From positions 1 through 36,966 of the IMG/VR virus record IMGVR_UViG_3300031519_000080: 36,966 bases of DNA, one strand, 5' to 3'. Below, one piece after another: positions 17,943 to 25,268 of this stretch. Both the position numbers and the translations under genes were made by a program. Each line of letters starts with the position of its first letter. Positions within the stretch are counted from its first letter, which is position 1. The DNA is from a virus. Lineage: Duplodnaviria > Caudoviricetes. The notes below the pieces were generated by a model. It had not been told where the DNA came from and made no database searches. It saw nothing but the letters and a program-made list of their open reading frames with translations.

Positions 17943-19223
17943 CTAAACGATAAACCAATCAGTACCATCAGACGCTACAGTCATAGCTTCATATCTGTGG
18001 TAAAGAATCTTTGTTACAGCACCGTCGATTGTGTCCGTACTATTACGAGAAACAATGACGCCACCAGCACCTGAATCGATCTTTTTAATTCGAACGATTT
18101 TACCAGAGACTGGAGCTGGAAGAGTTACTGTTATATTGCCACTTCCAGTTGTAACTAGATTAATATCAGCAGTTATGGTATTGCCGTCGCCGGGTGTGCC
18201 TACTGTAGGGTTTAATCCGCCGATGACCTCAAGTTCATTACTGCCATTAAGTCCGATGGTAGAATTATCATATTTGACATCTACAGTTACAGTATTGGTG
18301 GCACTCACAACTGTGTCGGCTGCTGCTCCACCGGCTATAGTGACTGTTTCGCCAAGTGCTGCATCTTCTGACGTGCCAGAATCAGCTGCCAATGTAAGGC
18401 TACTGTTAGCAAGCTTATCATTAGCTATGTTGCTAAGACCTAAAGTAATGGTTCCAGCACCTGTGACTGGTGAACCAGAATCTACATCTATGCCGTCTGT
18501 TCCAGAGATTGCAACGCTTGTTACTGTGCCGCCACCAAGATCGCTTATGAAGTTACCCTTACTAATTCTCTTTAGGTTTCCATCGGTCGCGTCTAGTACG
18601 AGTATCTCGTCTGTAGCTTCAGATGATGCAATTGAAGTTTGACCAGAGATAATTGTTGCGTCTACGTCTACAGTTACTACTCCAGTAGTCACGGTCGTTG
18701 TTAGACCTGATCCACCAGCAATTGTGAGTGTTGAGCCTTCTGCGATTACTTCGTCAGCGTTAACATCGCCGCCAACCGTAAGTCCGGTCCACATATCGTA
18801 ATACGTGGTGCCATCATTAGTAAAGTGCCACGCATCGTTGCCCTCATCATAAGTTAGGGCTACATTAAGGGATGTCCCTCTTTCTATTTCGAAACCAGCG
18901 TCTAATGTCGGAGCACCAGTAGCATTCCTATTGAGAAGCAGGATATTGTCTTCAATTTCAACAGTCTGAGTGTTGAGGATTGTCTGTGTACCATTAACCG
19001 TTAGGTCTCCAGCAACTGTGACTGAACCATCAGATGCTATAACGAGAGCGTTTGGGGTAGTAGCACTCCCGATTTCCCCATTGTCAGCAATGGTAATATT
19101 TGGAACGGAGAGGATATCTCCACCAAATGTGAAATTTAGGTCTGACTCGTAAAGCTGATCTGTGGAATTTGTTCCGAAGAACACGATCCCAGATGGATTA
19201 CGGTCAAAAGGTTGATATGACAT
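17943..19223 (-). CDS. Fibre-like virion protein
   Basis: Start most likely ATG 19223 (MSYQPF, GGAG RBS). GDLTVNGT...IEDNILLLN...AGFEIERG motif, G/T/D-rich shaft, C-terminal ITVTLP...IKKID...TIDG...SDGTDWFIV domain. Confidence 0.75.
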   Translation of the reverse strand: MSYQPFDRNPSGIVFFGTNSTDQLYESDLNFTFGGDILSVPNITIADNGEIGSATTPNALVIASDGSVTVAGDLTVNGTQTILNTQTVEIEDNILLLNRNATGAPTLDAGFEIERGTSLNVALTYDEGNDAWHFTNDGTTYYDMWTGLTVGGDVNADEVIAEGSTLTIAGGSGLTTTVTTGVVTVDVDATIISGQTSIASSEATDEILVLDATDGNLKRISKGNFISDLGGGTVTSVAISGTDGIDVDSGSPVTGAGTITLGLSNIANDKLANSSLTLAADSGTSEDAALGETVTIAGGAAADTVVSATNTVTVDVKYDNSTIGLNGSNELEVIGGLNPTVGTPGDGNTITADINLVTTGSGNITVTLPAPVSGKIVRIKKIDSGAGGVIVSRNSTDTIDGAVTKILYHRYEAMTVASDGTDWFIV

Positions 19224-19262
19224 ATATGTCTCCATTTATTAATTAAAAAGCTTTTATACAAT

Positions 19263-19271
19263 ATTATACAC
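19263..19271 (-). promoter_or_regulatory. Putative late promoter motif GTGTATAAT
   Basis: Exact motif about 40 nt upstream of ATG 19223, followed by a partial copy TGTATAAAA (19252..19260). Confidence 0.55.
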
Positions 19272-19948
19272 TATATTATATACCAATCATCTATATTAGA
19301 GAATGTAGATATAGACTGGTTAATATGTCCTATTATAAAACTAGACTGAGAATCTAGACTGTCTCCTCCTTGTGGAGCGATGATCAAACGCCCCGGTCCA
19401 ACTATAAGTTTGAACGTTATTGTCTTCCCATCCATAGATAAAGCTGTGGGGAGTGTTACCTCAACGTCTCCAGACGTAGCGTCTACAAATACGAAATCAT
19501 CTGTGTCTACAAGAGTAGTGTCTGATGATATAGTTCTGTGCGATCTAGATTCATTGCTATGTGCTGTTGATTGTGTTGTTCCATCAGGGAATTTTATTCC
19601 AGAGTAACTAGGGTCAAATGCCTGTATAAGACCTGAACTATCTAGTGCTACGGATTTAGTAGCTGGGTAATTGCACCACACTACTGATGGAGTTGAAGCA
19701 ATGGCTATATCAATAGGTGATCCACCGCTACTGCTGTTTAGGATAACATCTCTAGTTAGCGTTCCGCCACTATATGTTCCTATTCCAACTTCCCACTTGG
19801 GGAGATTTTCTATAGCGTAGTATGTACTGTGTCCCTCACCTATTCCACTGTCAAATGATACAAATCCAGACGAAGTTCCACCAAGGGTAAGTGTTCCTGT
19901 ACCCGTGCTAGAAATTGTCTGTTTTACTCTATCGTTTAATATAAACAT
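19271..19948 (-). CDS. Two-domain virion protein (DRVK-type N-domain plus VTLP...W C-domain)
   Basis: Start ATG 19948 (TAATG overlap). N-domain is paralogous to that of 10876..12237 and C-domain to that of 17943..19223, joined by GIKFPDGTTQSTA. Confidence 0.75.
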   Translation of the reverse strand: MFILNDRVKQTISSTGTGTLTLGGTSSGFVSFDSGIGEGHSTYYAIENLPKWEVGIGTYSGGTLTRDVILNSSSGGSPIDIAIASTPSVVWCNYPATKSVALDSSGLIQAFDPSYSGIKFPDGTTQSTAHSNESRSHRTISSDTTLVDTDDFVFVDATSGDVEVTLPTALSMDGKTITFKLIVGPGRLIIAPQGGDSLDSQSSFIIGHINQSISTFSNIDDWYII

Positions 19949-21126
19949 TAGCAATCTTGGTATGTAATTGTAGTATTGTTTATGCCACTGTTGTTTCCCG
20001 CCGCATCTTCCCAGCCAGTACTTGGTGGACTTAGTGAATTAAAATCTGTATCATTATTACCAATGAAGTCTGAACCCGTAGTTGGGCCTGAGTTTGGAAT
20101 TCTATAGTGCTGCCATGCGGAACCAGCGTACACAACCACATAGACATATTGACCGATTGGTCTCTCGTATCGATATTTTCCATTTTCTAACCCTGCTCGT
20201 GTGTAACATCCATTACCTGCGGGTGCGGAAGACAATACTATATCATCTTCATTAGGAACAAATGGGGGTGGTTCGTCCGTTGTTGTTGTAGTTGTTGTAG
20301 TTGTTGTAGTTGTTGTTGGTGCGGGAGTAGTAGGTGCTGGGGTAGTAGGTGCGGGAGTGGTAGGTGCTGGTGCTTCTGTTGTACAGTTCTCGTCGCTTGG
20401 ATCACAAGTGGTAGTTGGTGCTGGAGTAGTAGTAGTAGTTGGAGGTGCTTCTGTTGTACAGTTCTCGTCGCTTGGATCACAAGTGGTACTCGTAACAAAC
20501 GGAATATTCTGCTGAATAGAATCATAGCAATCTGGGTATGATGCGTAAATACCATTTACGTCTTGTATGCAATTAGTTCCGTTGGGAGTGTATCTCCAAA
20601 TCGTTCCAGTTGGCTGTACAACAACTGCCTCTTCGGTGCATATAGAATGTACTATGTTCCTGAATGTAATATCAACTGTATTTCCGCAGCAGTCGCCCGG
20701 AGATAGATCGCACACGCTGATAATCTCTACATGTATTTTTGAGTCAGAAACATCTACATCATTGAGGATGTCAGAACAAGAAGCAGTAATCGTTGGAAGG
20801 TTATCTACTAGTGGTAGTGTCCACTCTTGATTTCGTGTTCCAAAATATTTCTCTACTATCTTTACATGGTCTTTCCTGATAAGAAGTTTCATCATTCCAG
20901 TAGTTTTTAGATTCTCAGTGTTATCGAATGACACAGAGATTGAATCTGGCATAATAGCGGCTGAAACAGGAACATTTCCATATGAGACTAACTTGTCTTC
21001 GTTGAGCACTAAAACGTCAGTATCATGCTCTAGGTACATGTATGTGCTTGATCCCCCTTGCTTAAAGGTGATTTTTGTATTTTTACCAGAAGGAACATAT
21101 AATGCACCGCATTCGCATCTAGCCAT
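19948..21126 (-). CDS. Cys-rich protein with mucin-like Thr/Pro linker, probably virion-associated
   Basis: 392 aa, about 15 Cys by hand count, TTCDPSDENCTTEAP twice, (PTTPA)x3 and a long poly-Thr run; ends in Cys. Confidence 0.7.
   Translation of the reverse strand: MARCECGALYVPSGKNTKITFKQGGSSTYMYLEHDTDVLVLNEDKLVSYGNVPVSAAIMPDSISVSFDNTENLKTTGMMKLLIRKDHVKIVEKYFGTRNQEWTLPLVDNLPTITASCSDILNDVDVSDSKIHVEIISVCDLSPGDCCGNTVDITFRNIVHSICTEEAVVVQPTGTIWRYTPNGTNCIQDVNGIYASYPDCYDSIQQNIPFVTSTTCDPSDENCTTEAPPTTTTTPAPTTTCDPSDENCTTEAPAPTTPAPTTPAPTTPAPTTTTTTTTTTTTTDEPPPFVPNEDDIVLSSAPAGNGCYTRAGLENGKYRYERPIGQYVYVVVYAGSAWQHYRIPNSGPTTGSDFIGNNDTDFNSLSPPSTGWEDAAGNNSGINNTTITYQDC
20369..20488. repeat. Perfect 45-bp direct repeat, two copies (20369..20413 and 20444..20488)
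   Basis: GGTGCTTCTGTTGTACAGTTCTCGTCGCTTGGATCACAAGTGGTA occurs twice at 75-bp spacing, in frame. Confidence 0.95.
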
Positions 21127-21157
21127 GTGTTTTCCTATGTTTGTAGAATTCTATTAG

Positions 21158-21166
21158 ATTATACCC
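21158..21166 (-). promoter_or_regulatory. Putative late promoter variant GGGTATAAT
   Basis: Intergenic, about 32 nt upstream of ATG 21126. Confidence 0.45.
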
Positions 21167-21179
21167 ACTTTTGAGTTTT

Positions 21180-21647
21180 TCACTCATTCGACAAGTTTTC
21201 TTTTTTTTCTGCTCTAGATATTGCCATTTTTACTATCTTTTTGCCTATAAAATTTGCAAATGGCAAATGTCTCTTGGAAGCCTCTTCTTTTAACCAAGAA
21301 ACGATAAGTTCTTGATTATTTTTGCACCACGAAATTCCGTTATGATCCATTGTCCTAGCCCGAGCGTTGCAGCTACAGTTGGGACTTGCTGTTATACCTA
21401 CTAGCTTTAATAGTTTTTTAAGCTCAGTTCCTGCTCCAGTTGGTAGCTTTTTAACATCAGGTGATCCTGCTGGGAGCTTGCTTACAGATGGATATGACGA
21501 ATGATGAGTGTCTACCGTTATGTTATAGCCAGAGTTATCACTTTCAGTTATGCACTCTCTAGCTTTATATAGATCATGTCCTCTCTCTCTAGCTCTATTG
21601 CTGAGATCATTAATTGTACATTTTATATATCTATCGTATATCTTCAT
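21180..21647 (-). CDS. Small conserved CxC...WC protein, copy B (paralogue of 24792..25268)
   Basis: Start most likely ATG 21647 (MKIYDR, AAGGAG RBS). Contains GAGTELKKLL...SPNCSCN...GISWC...IVSWL..EASKRHLPF. Confidence 0.8.
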   Translation of the reverse strand: MKIYDRYIKCTINDLSNRARERGHDLYKARECITESDNSGYNITVDTHHSSYPSVSKLPAGSPDVKKLPTGAGTELKKLLKLVGITASPNCSCNARARTMDHNGISWCKNNQELIVSWLKEEASKRHLPFANFIGKKIVKMAISRAEKKENLSNE

Positions 21648-21669
21648 ATGTTTATACTCCTTACTAATA

Positions 21670-24600
21670 TTATGGTAGTGGATTTGGGGAGCCGCCACCG
21701 CTCTCGTATGCAGTCTGCTGAACAGTTATTGTGTATCTAGAAGCTCCGACTCTACGACTGTCACCTGCAATCGTCTCTCTAGTCCAAACGAAGCTACTCT
21801 CGCCCCAAACGTCACTGTCTCCAGCTCCTCGAGATACTGTTGTTCCGGGCCATGGTCCAATGTCTGATAGCCCACATGCATAGTACCTATCCAACGCAGT
21901 CTCACAGCCTCCACCGCCTATCTGCCTATTCTCTATCTCTATAGAGATACCTCCACTAGTTAATCTATATATAGCCAGATCATTATCACTAACGCCCTGC
22001 TGACATGCCTGATCTACGTTAGTGTATGTTTTCAGATATGAGTAGTCATTGCTGGTCGCTATAATGCAACCGGTATTGTTGCAAAGTGCTTGGGCGGCCT
22101 GTATATCGTCAACCTGTTGTTGGGTCGTCAACGAGGCAAACCCAAGAAAAGCCTCGGAAGTTGTTAAGTTACTGGCTACTGACCCTAAGCCATCCGAAAC
22201 AGTTGCTATCGCTGTGGGTGCTCGACATGGGCTTATTGCGGTTCGATTGTCATCGTCGGGACCAGAGGCTCCAGTGTGCCCACTAAAATTAGGGTCCACG
22301 ATTGATCCGGCTACACACCCAATATTATTGTATGGATACGTTGGGCTTTGAGCACTAATGCTGGAGTCTCCAGCTACAGCAGTGCCTAGTGTTGGATTGC
22401 CAGTAGCTGTCTCTCCTACTTCGCAGCAGGTTACACATATTGTATTATCGTTGCTCCACCCAGTTCGAACTGGACTTCCATTTATGAGCCATGCATCTAT
22501 TGTAGTATCAGGCCATCCCTTTTTAGCCCATTCGTTTGTATACTTTGTCATGTTCCAGTGATTCTGAAAGCTAACTAAGTGAAGGTTATTAGTGGACTTA
22601 TATCTTTCAAAAAATGCTACCTCGCAGGCTATTATGCTGCTAGTAACATCTATAAAACTTCTTCCATCACAGGCATAGCAAGCTAACTTGGTTCTTCTTT
22701 GTCCATTGGTGCCTTCAGACTGCTCCTCTGTAAACTGGAAGCATCCTTCGTTACCAGCTGGTTCTCTATGCAGTGCAAACTGAGTACTGCCTTGGTTTAC
22801 TACGACTGCACCAATACCAAGGCTAGATAAAACACCTCCAACATTGTTGCTTTCTTCTGGAAATATATCTGTTATAGATAAGCCATCGCATCCACAGCTT
22901 GGCTTGCTTATCTCCATCGTTTGTTTTGCTATCGTGGGATTTTCTGGCTGTCCCTGATCATTAATAGTAGCTGTCCATATCTCATACTTAAATGGAACAT
23001 CGTCACCAGTAACGCATAGCTCTACGCATTCTGGGCAGGCAAATTTAAGGTCTATGTTTGCAACGCCTCCAGCTCCTACACTTGTCTTAGTAATTGTTTC
23101 GAAGTCTTCAGCACCTATAGAGTCTAGGTAGTCATCACATCCGGCAGCTCTTGCGTCCCATCTCACTAAGACATCTACTGGACCATCTCCAAGATTTGAA
23201 AAGAGAACGAATGAAGTATGCACCTCACCGTCAAAGCACGTTGGGACTTTCGGCGGTGGTTGTACCGGTGGTTTCTCTGGATTGTTTGGGTCTTCACCTC
23301 CGGGTCCACCGGGTCCACCGGGGTTGCCGCCTCCGCCTCCTCCGCCGCCTCCGCTACAGCCCGGACCAACACAGCCCGGAGACCCCGGATCGGAAGTTGG
23401 AGGGAGTGGATTGGGATAAGAAGGGCCGCCGCCGCTATCGCCGTCGCCATCGCCGTCGCCGTCATCATCTCCGCCTCCACAACCGCTACCGATACATCCA
23501 CCCGGTCCATTCGGAGACGTTGGTGTTCCGGGTGTTGAGTCTGGGTCTGGACTTGGACTTGGAGGTTCTTCAGTTGGTGGTTCTGATGGTCCGCTTGGAG
23601 GTATTCCATCTGGACATATATTCTCAAGATATTCTGGAGTTTCCAAGGGAGGGAGCACGCCACTGGAATCGCCTAGCCATTCTGTTTGAATCATTGATAC
23701 TGTGCTCCACTCGCTGTATGCCGAGGATGTAGCTGACCTTGATCTGACCCTGAAGAAAAATAATGAATTTATTGGTAAGTTGCCCTCAACTGAATTTTCT
23801 ATTAGGCCGTAGTGAAACAATTCAAGGATATTAAAAAGATTACCTCTGGACACCTGAAAGTCAAAGCCATCAGCGTCCCCTGACCAACTAAAGTTAGCTC
23901 TGGCAAATATTTCAGAGGACTGAGCGTTTAATGTTCCAGCAGATTCTATCGTTACTGATAGATTAGTAGGAACGCTAAGAGTTGCATCTGGATCATCTTC
24001 TTCTAGTGCTCCACTACCGCTGCCGCTACCGCTGCCGCTACCGCTGCCGCCACTGCTGCCGCCATTGCCGCCTCCACCTTCTGCTACCTCGCACTCCCCT
24101 GAAGAGTGGCAGTCCTGTATCGAGAAATTAAGAGTCTTTGAGTTGATAACAGAGCCTATAATGTCACGAGCTTGTACTGTGATTGAGTATGATACTTCGA
24201 TAGACCTGTCTCCAGTAAACCATACCTCGCTGCCACCATCTACTAGGTGAAATTCTCCCGTGTCAGGAATAAGAGTTACGGTGTACGGACCACATACATT
24301 ATCGAAGTCAACGCTAGCTATCCGAATACCATTAGCCTTGATTGAGTCTTCATCTTCAAATACTATTGTTGTATCTGGAGAAATTGTAGTTGTCGTAGTT
24401 TCTTCCGGCGAATTTACTAGTAAGAATGATGATAATTTTTTAATATACGTTAGATTACCAGTCTTATTTAGATTAGAGTTAAATACTAGTTCTATTACTG
24501 AGTTATTATCGGTTAAGTCTAATGTAAGGCCAAAATCAGTAGTCTTTTCCAGTATGGAGTCGTCAGTTCTTTGCAGGATGCCGTTTACGTATACTGATAT

Positions 24601-24795
24601 GGCATGGTATGCAGTGTTGCCTTCGAATACTTGCTGCATCATATCTGAAAGATTGATGGCGAACTTGCCAGTACCGACAACGGTCCACTCAATAGATGTG
24701 TCGCCCCTGATGTATATATCATTGGTTATGTATGGGTCGTCGATGTAGCCCCATCCAGAAGAGTTATTGATTAGATCGTATGTTGATATTCTCAT
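21670..24795 (-). CDS. Large Cys-rich multidomain protein (cadherin-like and FN3-like domains, Gly/Pro/Ser linkers), probably virion-associated
   Basis: 1041 aa, about 29 Cys by hand count; FN3-like VPTNLSV...FSWSG...FFRVRSR...YSEWS; long G/S and P/G/D linkers; ATGA overlap with the upstream gene. Confidence 0.7.
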   Translation of the reverse strand: MRISTYDLINNSSGWGYIDDPYITNDIYIRGDTSIEWTVVGTGKFAINLSDMMQQVFEGNTAYHAISVYVNGILQRTDDSILEKTTDFGLTLDLTDNNSVIELVFNSNLNKTGNLTYIKKLSSFLLVNSPEETTTTTISPDTTIVFEDEDSIKANGIRIASVDFDNVCGPYTVTLIPDTGEFHLVDGGSEVWFTGDRSIEVSYSITVQARDIIGSVINSKTLNFSIQDCHSSGECEVAEGGGGNGGSSGGSGSGSGSGSGSGALEEDDPDATLSVPTNLSVTIESAGTLNAQSSEIFARANFSWSGDADGFDFQVSRGNLFNILELFHYGLIENSVEGNLPINSLFFFRVRSRSATSSAYSEWSTVSMIQTEWLGDSSGVLPPLETPEYLENICPDGIPPSGPSEPPTEEPPSPSPDPDSTPGTPTSPNGPGGCIGSGCGGGDDDGDGDGDGDSGGGPSYPNPLPPTSDPGSPGCVGPGCSGGGGGGGGGNPGGPGGPGGEDPNNPEKPPVQPPPKVPTCFDGEVHTSFVLFSNLGDGPVDVLVRWDARAAGCDDYLDSIGAEDFETITKTSVGAGGVANIDLKFACPECVELCVTGDDVPFKYEIWTATINDQGQPENPTIAKQTMEISKPSCGCDGLSITDIFPEESNNVGGVLSSLGIGAVVVNQGSTQFALHREPAGNEGCFQFTEEQSEGTNGQRRTKLACYACDGRSFIDVTSSIIACEVAFFERYKSTNNLHLVSFQNHWNMTKYTNEWAKKGWPDTTIDAWLINGSPVRTGWSNDNTICVTCCEVGETATGNPTLGTAVAGDSSISAQSPTYPYNNIGCVAGSIVDPNFSGHTGASGPDDDNRTAISPCRAPTAIATVSDGLGSVASNLTTSEAFLGFASLTTQQQVDDIQAAQALCNNTGCIIATSNDYSYLKTYTNVDQACQQGVSDNDLAIYRLTSGGISIEIENRQIGGGGCETALDRYYACGLSDIGPWPGTTVSRGAGDSDVWGESSFVWTRETIAGDSRRVGASRYTITVQQTAYESGGGSPNPLP
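24014..24049. repeat. Tandem 12-bp repeat CTACCGCTGCCG x3, encoding a Gly-Ser linker
   Basis: Three exact copies within 21670..24795. Confidence 0.9.
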
Positions 24796-25268
24796 TTTAA
24801 ATTCTTTTTGTTTGCTCTTCTTATGGCTAACTTAACTATTTGCTTACCGAGAAACTTTGAAAATGGTAGTCCCCTCTTCGACGCTTCTGATCCAAGCCAA
24901 GAAACAATTTCCGTCACATTACTGGAGCACCATTCTATTCCCATGTTATTCATGTGTGCCGCATACATATTACACTTACAGTTTGGACTAGAAGTAATTC
25001 CGATTTTGCTTAGTAATTTTTTTAATTCTGTTCCTGCACCTTCTGATATGTCTTCCGTTGGGCGATAATAATTAGCGGTTCTATCAACAGCTGGGTAGCT
25101 TTCATGAATCGTATCAATTGTCCATAGGTCTTGATCCTTGGATACTATACACGCTTCAACTTCTTCTAGTGTGTATCCTCTGTCGTTATATCTTTCATAA
25201 AAGTGTTCCTTGCTCACTGTTATGTATCGTTCGTGCAGGGTGTCATTTGTTCTATATACGGTATTCAT
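24792..25268 (-). CDS. Small conserved CxC...WC protein, copy A
   Basis: Start most likely ATG 25268 (TGATG overlap with the upstream stop). Contains GAGTELKKLL...SPNCKCN...GIEWC...IVSWL..EASKRGLPF. Confidence 0.8.
   Translation of the reverse strand: MNTVYRTNDTLHERYITVSKEHFYERYNDRGYTLEEVEACIVSKDQDLWTIDTIHESYPAVDRTANYYRPTEDISEGAGTELKKLLSKIGITSSPNCKCNMYAAHMNNMGIEWCSSNVTEIVSWLGSEASKRGLPFSKFLGKQIVKLAIRRANKKNLK

Noticed and set aside
20369-20488. CRISPR-like repeat-spacer-repeat (45 bp, 30 bp, 45 bp)
   Set aside because: Only two copies, non-palindromic, in frame within a coding Thr/Pro linker, and no cas genes.
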